NCBI RefSeq assembly: GCF_000143415.4
Contig: NW_003314270.1
Coordinates: forward strand, 330,411 to 394,410
Source: Selaginella moellendorffii
Lineage: Eukaryota; Plantae; Lycopodiophyta
Direction of reading: 5' to 3'
DNA: 64,000 nucleotides
Shown here: positions 12,160-23,443 of the stretch, piece by piece
How the letters are laid out: each line of letters starts with the position of its first letter
How positions within the stretch are numbered: position 1 is the stretch's first letter
Made by a program: the position numbers and the translations under genes
The notes under the pieces: generated by a model
Seen by the model: the letters and a program-made list of their open reading frames with translations, nothing else
The model's database searches: none
What the model was told of the DNA's origin: nothing

Positions 12160-14256
12160 TCATTTTCTACTGTCGTCCAATTTGTCAGTGGCTACGAGCT
12201 CCAGTGCTACTTTCTCAGAATCCAGACTGTCTTCGTCGGCAATAATCGATTTGTATCTGTACCAGCGAGCGCAAAACAGGAATATGACGAAGTTTACTGC
12301 AAACAGCACGGCCTGCAGCCAGTAGAAGTAATCAAGGTGGCCTTTGTTGAGGTTGTTGCTGAGCCAGCTTACTCGTCCCCCGCGGGAGGTCTCTCTGTTA
12401 ACAACAGTGACGAGGATACTGCTGAGGTAGCTACCCAGCGCAGTGATGCTCGAAAACAACGCACTGGCAAGGCTGCGGAGATGCTCTGGAAACTGATCGT
12501 AGAAGAACTCCAGATGTCCGATGGATACGAAAGACTCGGACATGCCGATAAGGATGAACTGTGGCGCCAGCCAGAAGGCAGAGAAAGGAACCGTTCGGTG
12601 GGGGTGGTCCAGGAGTCCGGCATTTAGTGCCGCCTTTCTCCGAGCTCCTTCGGCAAACGCCGCAACTACCATGGCCATTATAGAGATGAAGAGGCCGATT
12701 CCGATTCTCTGCAAGAAAGTAATGCCGCGCTCGTGGCCCGTGACTTTTCTGGCCAGCGGCATGAAGACCCGGTCGTATAGTGGAACGCAAGCGAGCAGTG
12801 TCAGGATTCCGAAGACGTGGAAAGTTGCAGGCGGTATGACGAAAGAGCGTAGGTGTCGGTCCATACTTCTGGCTTGCTGGATGGTGAAAGTGTTTTGGAG
12901 GCCGTGAGCTAGCGTGAAGACTATGCCAGTGGCCCATATAGGCGAGGTTCTTATGATGCATTTGAGCTCTTCTACCTGCTGGACGGAGCACAGCCTCCAT
13001 GGCAGTGGTTTACCGTCTTCGAAGTCTTCATCGGCTGGACAGGCCGACTTGTCAAGGAACCTGGGAGAGAGAGGCGAAGTCAGACTTTTTACGAAGAGCA
13101 GAGAACGTCACCTGAATTGGTCCGTGTGTTGTAGACGAACTCCAGTTTCGGCTTCAACGTTGTAAAGGTGTGCGGGATCTTCCGGCAGGCTTAATCTGCG
13201 TTTCCGATATGCTGCGGCTACAACTTGGAGTAGCCTGATGAAGGGACTTCCATTTGGTGCAACGTGCCGGTACCATGGCGAGCCGACGAGAAAGAAGATG
13301 ACGGATATGACCATAGCAACGGCAGGGATTCCGAAACCCCAGGTCCATCCGACGTGCTCCTGGACGTAGACGATGACTGTGACGGACAGAAGAATGGCGA
13401 TTCCCAGGCCGAAGAAATACCAGTTGAAGAAGCTGAACGACTGCTTTCTTTGCTTCAAGTTCTTCTGATCGAACTGGTCTGCTCCAAACGCGGCAACGCA
13501 AGGCTTGATGCCTCCGGAGCCAAGCGCGAAGAACGCGAAGGAGATATAAAGGAAGGCCTTTTGAGCTGACGACGCCGGTTGACAGGCTACTTCTTTGGCA
13601 GCGTTGCAATGCGGCGGCCGGAGGGATGAGAAAGTTGCATCGATTGTGAGCATCACAATTCCCTGAAACGCGAGGACAGGTAAAACTTTCAATGATTTGG
13701 TGTACGATAAAAAAGTTCTCCTTTTCTGTGACACAGATTACTCACAATGGCATATGTTAGAGAGCCGATAATGATCGTCATGTATCGTCCCAAGTGAGCA
13801 TCCGCAACGTACGCACCCAGCAGCGGAGTGATGTTGTTCAAGCCATTGAAGTTAGTCAGAGTCACAGCCGCCTGAACATTGCTCATGTTGAGCTGTTGCA
13901 CGAGGTACGTTATAAGATTTACATGAAGTCCGATCATTGCCAACTTCTCGGAGATCTCATTCCCTGCAGGCACAGAAGAACAGTTTGGAGTGAGCCAACG
14001 AGACAAGTGTTTACTGTTATATTTGTGCCTGATCACGTGTTTTCTGCAGGGGCTTTGGGAAACATAACGACAACGCACCTATGATGAAGGGGTAAGTTTT
14101 CCAGCCCCCCTTGTTCCTCGTCACGGTTTTCAAGCCCTCGAGCTGCTCGTTCTCCGCGGCACTTACTTGATCAGATGGAGTTCGCCTGTTGAATCTCCTA
14201 ACCACAAAGCCAAGAGGTGAGCAACATTTCCAGTACACTTGCTGGCCATGCTCCAT
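12160..14256 (-). CDS. NRT1/PTR family (NPF) transporter, NPF2/NPF3-like, multi-exon
   Basis: GGWKTYPFIIG|NEISEKLA with ExxEK motif, GSGGIKPCVAAFGADQFD, FFNWYFF, LEFFYDQFPE and LDYFYWL. The start codon is approximate. Confidence 0.93.
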
Positions 14257-16274
14257 TGTGACGTCTTCTCTCTTTTCAGATCCTTGAGGAGATTCTCGGC
14301 CTGCGCGTCAGCAACTTGTTAGTAGCGGCGGGCATTGTTTCCGTGACGACACTACACCGGGAACAGCAGAAAGAAAACACTCGGATACTCGAGACTCTCG
14401 GACTCTCTCCTCGAAACTAGAGCAGCAACATCAAACAGGCTCAAAACAAACTCAAGCTCGAGACGCAGCGAATGCAAAACTTACAGTTACCGCCAACCGT
14501 AGCGAGCACAGAACTTTAGCTCTCGACGAGGCCAACTCCACTTGGAACTATCTCTCTCGCAAAATCATCGGGACTTCCAAGCAAAATACGAATGGAGCAG
14601 GAGCCAAAGCTAAGCAAACAAGTGCACTGCTAGCTGGGCTGTGGCTGGACGAGAAACAAGAGGAAGCGACAAAAGGGAAGAGGCGGCCTGGCAAAAGCGC
14701 GAAAGACAAAAACAACCAAATGAGCCGCTACTGCGACTACGATCTGCAAGCTGAGAACGCGGCCATGAATGAGAATGGTGGGGACGCCGAGTGGGAATAG
14801 ATCAACTTTAAATGCACCAGACAGGGAGCAGCCTCTCGCCGCGGCTTTCGTCCAGGAAAACTTGATCACCCACCATCGCTCAAGGTAATTATGATTCCCG
14901 ATATCCGCAATTAGCCGCTAATCAATCTCTTGGCCTGTCTGTCTCGTTCGTGCAGCGGCAGCACAGCAGCACAGCAGCACAGCAGGCTTTTGTGCTCTTG
15001 TTCGGTTCGGTTTTTAATAACGCAGAGAAGAGAAGAGCCATGAACTTGCAGATACTGCGGCGTTTATAGCCTTTCTTTGAAAGCTTCACATTCGATCCAG
15101 GTTCTTTAATTTTTCTTTTAGCTTATTTGCCAGCAGCCACTCATTCGTCTCGCTCTTTCAGATTTAATGCAGCGAACCTGTGCGTCATCGCGCAAAAGCT
15201 ATACGAGCTTTTCCATCGCTGGAAAGCTTTTAGCTGCACTTCCCGAAAGATTCACTCTTTCCTTGTTTCGCTGTGTACCACGCCAGGCGTCGCTCTACCT
15301 CGTGGCTACGAGTGCGTCCGTTCAATCTGGCAAGAGCATTGCTTTTCCTCTTTGGCCGACCCACGTTGATAAGGCTGCAAACGCTCTGTCCAGTTTTTCG
15401 GTGGCCGTAAAGGAATCTTCTGGTCATGGCCGGTCAAAGTAATATGGTTGACCAGATTGTGGATGGTCAACGCCATATGCTCGCTAGTTATCTAATTAAT
15501 TGCACCGTACAAATTGTATGTCTCCCAGCTTGGTTTTGATTGATTTGATTTCCAAACTCGCATTGTCTTCTCTTTCATCCAGATGCTGTTACTGATTCGC
15601 ATCATGCACTTCTAGCAGGCGTTCTAGTAAGTTATTGTGAACATATAAAAACTTATCTCTAATAAATTTTCACTAATGTTGGAAGCTGCAAAAAGATTCG
15701 CTGGGTTTTAGCTGTAGGCATGCGCCCTCATACATTGACTAATTGTTACCAAGGCGGCATCTTTTTCATCCTCGGTCCAAATCTCGTGCATTATATTCAA
15801 GGTCTTCCCCGGCCTGGTCTCTTCGTGCGTCCAATGTTCTTAATATAACTAATGCTTGCACAAATTCTCCTGAATATCAGAGGAGACTTTGGGAAGAATT
15901 CTTTTCCTTCTGTGATACCATGTGAACGTTCACAAAGAAAAAGGCTTCTGGAAAATCCGTGCTCTTAAGCTCGTTTGTAGACAAGGATTTGCCAGAAGAA
16001 CCATTGGTCTTTTAAGGGAATGGGAAGCATCCACAACACTTTCGCCTCCAACTTGTAGTATGAAAACAAAAAGATGCCTTTACTTCACATGCTTTTGTCC
16101 TAGTCTGAAGCAAGTAAAAGTGGGACAAAAGCATGTGAAGGCCTGATGCCACATCATCGTCAGGTAAGCGGAGAGAGAGTGAATCAGGATGGTGTTTAAC
16201 GGGAGGCGTCGGTCCTGGGCATGGCTTATATATGGCTGCAGTTGTGCGGCTGAATCATAGGATTATAACCTATA

Positions 16275-18288
16275 ATGGCTCAGGCAGAGAATGTAGGCAG
16301 TAGTAGCTTCTGCAATTGGCTTCACCCCTCTCTGACAGGTATTCTCTTCTCGCTGCTTCTGCCCACAGCAACACTACTCCTGCTTCTCGCGCATTCTTGT
16401 CATGGATCCGACGATGAGCATTTCTACCTCGACCTCCCATCCAGAGAAGGTTTTGCATGCCCCGAAGTAAACAGCTTTGTAAACGAATTCGATCCGTTCT
16501 ACAGATGGTCTCTGCGTTCTTCCCTTGCCAGTGTCCTCTCCACGACAAGTCGCATCGACATTGAGCTCGCCAATTCCGCCTACCAGCAAGCTAGTGCATG
16601 GAGAGTGATCAGCAACTGGACGAGTGATGAGGGAGCCAACAAGCTGTACGCCTCGGCCGATCCTCACATTGCAGGTGGTCACATGAAGCAGCACCGGCGC
16701 AACTGGCAATGGAGAATGCGAGTGGACTGGGGCATCAGCATCCGCATGTGCCTATCCACTGGTAATGACCACAGCAATCGGTCATGCCTCTGGACTACTC
16801 CCATCCTTCAGATGGAAAGAGAAGCGGATCTCAGCCTGCTCTTTATTGCTGTACCTTACAGGGCTGCAACTGCACCCAGCATTGAACCAGATCTGAACAA
16901 CATGCCGCGTAGCACATCAGGATTCTACCTTTCCAACTACGCCAGCAATGCAAGGACGGACTTCACCAAGTACCAGAAGATCAACACCTCCAGCCACTAT
17001 TATCTCACGAACACTAAGGATGTACCAAAGTGTCGGTTTGCCCCATCTTACTACAGCAACGACGCCACAGCATACCTCGGGTTTCCCAGCCTCCAATGCG
17101 GCTGCTCCAATTCCTCCACCAGGGTATGTGTCGTGGTCACCAGGAACATGGACACCAGCAGCTGGGGATTGTTCGACTATCGTTCCTCCTGCGATTTGCT
17201 GACGTCTTACTGGGCTTGGAACACCGGTGGAAACACTTGGCTTGTTCTTACCGTACACAACACCTCATCTGACAAGCCTCTACCATTTCTTGCAACCTTT
17301 AAGGGGAATACCTCTTTCGGGTCCTCCCTCACTTGGGTTACAGCGAATGACTTCCAGGCCATGGCGAACACAACAGTCTGTGTGGAAGCATTGATGCAGC
17401 AAACACCGGTGCCATCCAGTGTGGAGGTTCAGAACAGGTGCAGTACTGATCAGCTGGTATTAAGCACTCAAGATGGTGAGTACTACCTCAACAAGATGAG
17501 ACGGTTCCTCTGGGCTCCCACTCCCCCCCAGAACAAGATCAGTACACCCTGTTTCGGAGATCTGCCTATGGGACAGCTCGAGTTCAAGGACAAGCTATGT
17601 GTGACAAAGCTGGACACTACTACCAGCACAGAGATTAAACTGATGGTCGAATCCATGTTACAGCTCAGAGACGTTAAGTTCAAGCAGAAGAAGCTGTGGA
17701 ATGATGGATCAAACAACAGACACGAAGTCTATGGCGGGATTTTGTCAGCGATTGTGTCCTTCGTGGGAACATGTTTCTTGGCAACGAGTAACAAGTTGCA
17801 GGATATTGAAGAGTCCTTTGAGAAATTCTGGCATCATGGTGGCGCCGTTGGGGACTCCAACACCGACGGCCAGGCTGCTCAGTCAAGCAAGGGATCAGTT
17901 TTTTCAAGCCAGGACCCCATCTTTTGGTTTAAGTTCCTTTATAGGACGCTCCTCGTACTCGCTTTTGCAGGTAATTTGACCTCTTCTTGCCACAAGTTGA
18001 TTCACTAAGTTCATATTTTGTGCAGTTTTACTGTCATATACAGCATATAGTAGCGTGCAAAGTGTAAAGAAGGACCGGGACATCTTGCAAGCGCAAACAG
18101 TACCTCAGGTCCTCAGTGATGGTACCGTGGTGTTGCTCACCACCACAGCTACGTACGAGGTGAAACCCTTGTGGGCCAGCTTCTATGTTATTTCTGTTCT
18201 TACGGCGCTGGCTGTGATAATCACACTGGTCGTTACATGGCGTCAACTTAAAACACTGCCGGCGAAAGAGAGCAGTGAAATGGAATGA
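16275..18288 (+). CDS. Orphan secreted/multi-pass membrane protein, copy 1 (652 aa after splicing)
   Basis: ORF 16275-17970 splices in frame across a 55-nt GT..AG intron (17971-18025) to 18026-18288. It has a signal-like hydrophobic N-terminus, a Cys- and sequon-rich ectodomain and three C-terminal hydrophobic helices. TATATA lies ~45 bp upstream. The paralog is intact. Confidence 0.8.
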
Positions 18289-18567
18289 TTCACTAATCAT
18301 AACCGTCTTTGAAGATTTTGGTGTCACTAAGTTCTGCCGGCTAATTGCCCCAAGATAAAGGAGAAAGCGATCAAGCCTACTATGACCAGACGGTCAATGG
18401 ATGTCAACACTGTTCTGGTCTTACGGTGCTGGTTGTGATAATTACAGTGGTCATTGGAGGTAAAAAAGATCAGAATATTACCGTCTTTGCATCACTAAGG
18501 GCTAACTAAAGTTGACCAGTGCAATAAAGGTCTGACCAGTCAGCAGGGTGGCAATGGCGGTCAACGG

Positions 18568-20514
18568 TCAAGGAACGTCAATCATCTTTTGAAGAATACT
18601 GTCCAGCTTACCAGAAGCAAACCGGCGCCCTTGATAAACACAAGCCGAATCATCGTCTTCCATCTCCAGTCCTCCCAAAACCTTGGCAACCCCGCGATCA
18701 ATCGGCAACCCCGCGGCAGCAAACACATTGGACAGCACCACGTACGTGGCCGAGTCTTCTGGGAAGAGCGCCATGGCGGCCTCGCCCACCCTCTCGGCGC
18801 ACTCCACGTCCCTGTACACCGCACACGCCCCCAGCACGGACTTGCACGCCACCAGGTCGGGCTCGAACGGCATCCCGCGCAGCAGCTCCTCGGCCCCGGC
18901 CACCTCACCGGACCGCCCCAGCGTGTCGAGCATCACTCCAAAGTGCTCGCAGCTCGGCCAGATCCCAAAGTCCGCCACCATCATCTGGAACTTCTCCACG
19001 CCCCGCCTCACCGATCCGGTGTGCGTCGCCGCCACCAAGATCCCCGTGAAGGTGATGTCGTCCGGGGTGACGCCCTCCAAGTTGAGCTCCCGGAAGAACT
19101 CCTCGGCCTCGGGGCCGTGGCCGTTCGCGGCATACATGACGATGAGCGCGTTCCAGGAGACGATGTCGGTCTTCTCCGGGGTGGCGTCGAAGATAGCCTT
19201 CGCCTTTGCGAGATGCCCGTGCTGTGCGTACGCGACGAACATCGCGTTCCAAGAGATGAGGCTCCGCTCGGGCATCGAGAAGAACATCGCCTCCGCCTCG
19301 GCGAGCTGGAAGTTCTGCGAGTAGGCCACCATCATGGTCGTCCAGGAGATCACGTTACACCAGGGCATTCGATCCAGCGCTGCCTTAGCGCGATCCAGCC
19401 GCCGGCTCTGTGTGTAGGCGTGGATCATCGCGTTCCAGGAGACGAGGTTCTTCTCTGGGATCCGATCAAACTCGAGCTTCGCCTGGTCGATCTCGCCGTG
19501 CGCGACGTAGCTCCGGCACAGGATGTTCCACGCCACTACATCCTTCACGGGCATCGATTCGAAGCACCGCCGAGCATCTTCCAGATGCCCGTTCTGGGCA
19601 AATGCCGTCGCCATGGCCGTCCACGAGACAACGTCGCGGTGCGCCACCTTCTGAAAGATCTCTTTCGCCTTGTCGATCATCAGGGCCACTCCATAAGCAG
19701 TGATAAGGGCATTCCACGAAACGATATTCCTGGTTCCCATTCGATCAAACAGATCCTTTCCTTCCACAAGACGCCCGTTCTGGGCATACCCCTGGATCAT
19801 CGCGGTCCACGAGACGAGATCTCTCTCCGGCATCGTATCAAACAATTCCTTGGCGTGAAAGAGATCTCCACTCTCGGCAGTGGTCGCGACCATGGAATTC
19901 CACGACAATCGGCTCCTCGCGGGCATTCTCTCGAAGAACGTGTTCGCAATATCCAAATGCCCCTTTTGGGCAAGTGTTGTCACCATTGTGTTCCAGGACG
20001 CAAGATCCCGCTGCTCCATCGCCAGGAACATCGCCCTGGAGCGATCGAGGTACCCATTCCTGGCATATATCGCGACCATCGCGTTAGAGAGCACCACATC
20101 CCCGTCGACGATGGATTCGAACAGGGATTTGGCCCTCTCCAGATCGCCATTGCGCGCGTAGGCGACGATCATCGTCGTCCAGTGGACGGCGCTGCGCTGC
20201 GGGGTCCTGGTGAAGAGGAGCTCCACCTCGTCGATCCGGCCGCTGGCGGCGGACGCCGCGATGGCGATGCCCCAGGAGAACTCGTTCTTGTGCTGGATCG
20301 CGTGGAATGCCCGGCGCGATTCCTCGGCGAGCCCGAGGCGGCCATACATCTGGACCACCGCATTGGCCACGAATCGATCGGCGCCATAGCCACTGGCGAT
20401 GATCTGTGCGTGGATCTTCCTGCCCACCGCGGCGTCGCCGGAATCCCCAGCCGCGCGGAGCGATTGGACGAAACGCTGGCATTCCACAAATTTGCCCTTG
20501 TCAATGCAGGGCAT
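18568..20514 (-). CDS. PLS/SS-array PPR protein with E domain (intact copy)
   Basis: 648-aa ORF of tandem ~31-aa repeats (MPERDLVSWTAMIQGYAQNG) ending in E-type motifs (GMPFEPDLVACKSVLGAC). Confidence 0.9.
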   Translation of the reverse strand: MPCIDKGKFVECQRFVQSLRAAGDSGDAAVGRKIHAQIIASGYGADRFVANAVVQMYGRLGLAEESRRAFHAIQHKNEFSWGIAIAASAASGRIDEVELLFTRTPQRSAVHWTTMIVAYARNGDLERAKSLFESIVDGDVVLSNAMVAIYARNGYLDRSRAMFLAMEQRDLASWNTMVTTLAQKGHLDIANTFFERMPARSRLSWNSMVATTAESGDLFHAKELFDTMPERDLVSWTAMIQGYAQNGRLVEGKDLFDRMGTRNIVSWNALITAYGVALMIDKAKEIFQKVAHRDVVSWTAMATAFAQNGHLEDARRCFESMPVKDVVAWNILCRSYVAHGEIDQAKLEFDRIPEKNLVSWNAMIHAYTQSRRLDRAKAALDRMPWCNVISWTTMMVAYSQNFQLAEAEAMFFSMPERSLISWNAMFVAYAQHGHLAKAKAIFDATPEKTDIVSWNALIVMYAANGHGPEAEEFFRELNLEGVTPDDITFTGILVAATHTGSVRRGVEKFQMMVADFGIWPSCEHFGVMLDTLGRSGEVAGAEELLRGMPFEPDLVACKSVLGACAVYRDVECAERVGEAAMALFPEDSATYVVLSNVFAAAGLPIDRGVAKVLGGLEMEDDDSACVYQGRRFASGKLDSILQKMIDVP

Positions 20515-21098
20515 TTGCTAGGAATATATTTCAAGCATCATCATCTTTTCAGTTTCCTCTCTTCTGCTAATGTTTCTTTTCAGCTTGCAAAGATCTGATG
20601 CTGGAATATCAACAAGAATAACCTTTTTGCCAGTTTTCTTTTCCAGTTTTTTTCACGGGATGTTCCAGTTCGTAACAAGCCAGCAAAGTCTTTGTCACGT
20701 CTAAGCTTTTGGGTCCGTAGCCTACGCCAAGACAACTTCTGGCAACCCGAAGATGATCACGCAAACTCACATTGCAGTCTCTCTCCGGGTGGAATACAGC
20801 GAATGCATCAAAGAAAAGCAGAAGCTGTGGCTTCTACCTTGGATCCTAAACTGCCAAAGCATGGGAAGGAATCCTTTCTGCAAAGATGCAGTGCTTGTCC
20901 TGCGTAGCAGCTCCGATCCACTCGCGTGAACAATCGCGCTTCCACCCTTATACACTTCACACGGATTTACAAACACCACCACCTCAAACCACATAGAGTT
21001 CAGTAATCTCTTCTTACTACTATGTCCTTCTGGGTCGATATCCGCAAGACGCTGCCATCTTTTTCTCCGGAGTCCTGACAGATGTGGAGGAGACGCTA

Positions 21099-22595
21099 TT
21101 ACCCAGCCAACGAGCTGATGAACTCTGCCAAGTTATGCCCTGAGCTGCCCGGCTGGGTGGAGAGTGCAGCCTGTCGGACCAGCTTCCTCCTTTGCTTGGC
21201 ACGGTTCCTGAGCTCTTGGTCCTCCATTACAGCACGCAAGCCTCGCTCGACGTCATCTGCGGACGGCACACCATCCACCCCAATATCCACCGCAATTTTG
21301 TACTCGTCCACAAGGTGCCTGCAGGTTGGGAGCTGGTCACCTAAGAACGGCCAGGCCAGAATGGGAACACCAGCCAGCAGAATACACTCCACCACGGAAC
21401 TCCACCCGCAGTGTGAAACTAATGCACCAATGGCCGGATGAGAGAGAACCAGCTGCTGAGGCACCCAACCTGTAAGGATTTTCCCCCTACCGGAGGTTCG
21501 CTCCGCAAAGTTTGGAGGTAGCACGCGGTTCAGGTAGGCGGTCGGCTCCTCGTTCCTGGGACTTGGAAGCGACCAGAGGAATCTAAAGCCGGACGATTCG
21601 AGTCCGTGTGCCAGCTCTCGAATCATCTCGTCGCCCAAGACTATAAAGCTGCCGAAGCATATGAGGACCAGCGACGCCGTGGGTTGCTTGTCCAGCCATG
21701 AGACAAGCGCCGTGGAATCCTCGCTGTTCTTGCCGATTGAGACCGCTGTTCCTCGAATGTCTTCTTGAGAGGGTCGATCATCCTGGAGGTAGGAAGATGG
21801 ATACAGAGGTCCTATGGGAATGCACCGTATCTCGGGGTACTCGCAATGTAAAGCATCCAATATCTGCACGGACACGTGAGAAATCACCCTCCACTAAATG
21901 CCCGTCTTACTGGTCCTTCAAGCTCTTCGGAAGTATTCAGTAGTATCCCGTTGGAGTGGACAAAATGCTTGGCTACGCCTTCTTTACCCAAGTAGAATCT
22001 GTGAACAAAGATCACGGAAACAAACAGAAACATAGAAAGAATGATACCCATGGGATTTGACGACAACGTCCAAAGGTAGCTCAGCCCATCGAAGAGGTGG
22101 AAGTCCGGGAACATGAACTACGCTCTGCATGTCTTGGTCCACATTCCCGCTTCGGCTGGGGCCGTGGAAGGAGAGCATGACAGCGAGATGCGCCGAAGCA
22201 CCTGTGTAGAGGATATACTTTGGGATGCCTCTCTCCTCAACAGTTTGACTTGCCCAGAACATCACCATTCGATCGAGAACCACCGCTTTGGGGCGCAGCA
22301 CATCGAGGTGTTTCCGGAGCGAGTCAGGCAGGGCAGTGGGAAAACGGGATGATGGCAAAAGGTCGGGACGAGACTTGCGAACTCCAGGGAAAATGAAAGC
22401 CGGTCGAGGGGAAGGAATGGACTCCATGAGAGCGCGCATGTCAATGTTTGCTATGTCCGTGGTCATTCCAGATGGGTTCAGCCACGGCAGTAGCACCGTA
22501 ACACGGCAGCCCTGAGAAGCGAGCTTCTTTGCAAAGAGCATACCTGTGTTGAAGTGACCACCGCCTTGAACCGTAACCAAAACGATGTCGGCCAT
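21099..22595 (-). CDS. Family 1 UDP-glycosyltransferase, copy 1 (3 exons)
   Basis: N-terminal GGGHFNT with the catalytic His. PSPG box WVPQQLVLSHPAIGALVSHCGWSSVVECILLAGVPILAWPFLGDQ. In-frame introns 22047-21999 and 21910-21864. Confidence 0.92.
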
Positions 22596-22865
22596 TCTCG
22601 ACCTTGTCGGCCTTATCTTAACCAAGCGCTCTTGTTCTATTGCAACTCCAGACTCCTGTAAGACTCATTTTGATGAACTTGACTTGTTGTTAACCAAGGG
22701 TTTCGTCTAGCACTATTTTCATGCTTTGTTTTTTTTTCCACGTGGCCAGTTCAGCGGTCGAACGAATATGCCAACACAATGAACAGTTAGATCTCTGATT
22801 CGCAGGCTAGAGAGATTCGAGCGCGGCCGCTCTAGCGGCTGGCGTGATAGTGTTTTATTTCGGCC

Positions 22866-22924
22866 GCCAAAAAGCCATTTGGAATGGCTTTTTGGCAAAG
22901 AAAAAGCCATTTCAAATGGCTTTT
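22866..22924. repeat. Two adjacent perfect inverted repeats (hairpins), unique to duplication copy 1
   Basis: GCCAAAAAGCCATT-tgg-AATGGCTTTTTGGC (14-bp stem) and AAAAGCCATTT-c-AAATGGCTTTT (11-bp stem). Confidence 0.85.
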
Positions 22925-22930
22925 GTCGAC

Positions 22931-23439
22931 TCGAAGCAGGGAAGAACGCTGTCACCAAAGTAAAACCTCTCCTGCTTTGCAAGTCCGGGTGAGCCAAAAG
23001 ATCGAAAAGAAAAGAGAAACAAGCAAACCTGGAGAGCGTGGATGTCAAGACTCGTCGGACCACCCCTGGAGATTGGAATGTTGGAGAGTGAAGGCCGATG
23101 TCACCCTCGTCTTCCATGCGCTCCAACGTTCCAGTCGGGAAGAACGGCACCACGACCGTGAAGGAAGCGATGAACATCCTGGGAAGAGCGTAGATCACCA
23201 AGAGCTCTCAAAGATCACGGCGGGAGAGCTGAACGGCGCAAGGAATGCAACGTGCTGGCCACGGATCCCAGCACGAACAAGTTTGGAAATCCATCCTCGA
23301 ATGCGGTGAAAGAAAAAAGAGATCGATTGCTCAAACCCACTCACATCCATTTGAGCTCGATGGAAACTGTCTCGGCAGCGACCCCTCCGTGCCACATCCT
23401 CGTACTCGTTGCAATATGTCGAGGAGATTAGTTCGAGAT
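22931..23439 (-). pseudogene. Ribose-phosphate pyrophosphokinase (PRS3/4-type) fragment, inverted 5' part, copy 1
   Basis: Minus strand reads [21 protein letters not shown] and [34 protein letters not shown], with frameshifts. The 3' half is deleted. Confidence 0.85.
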
Positions 23440-23443
23440 TAGT

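Noticed and set aside
14956-14986. (CAGCACAG)n short repeat, and PPR repeats, as CRISPR-like arrays
   Set aside because: Simple minisatellite and protein-coding repeats. There are no unique spacers and the context is eukaryotic.
18589-20598. 669-aa antisense ORF over the PPR gene (and 29046-30248 in copy 2)
   Set aside because: Shadow ORF caused by GC-rich codon usage and the repeat structure of the PPR on the opposite strand. It has no domain of its own.
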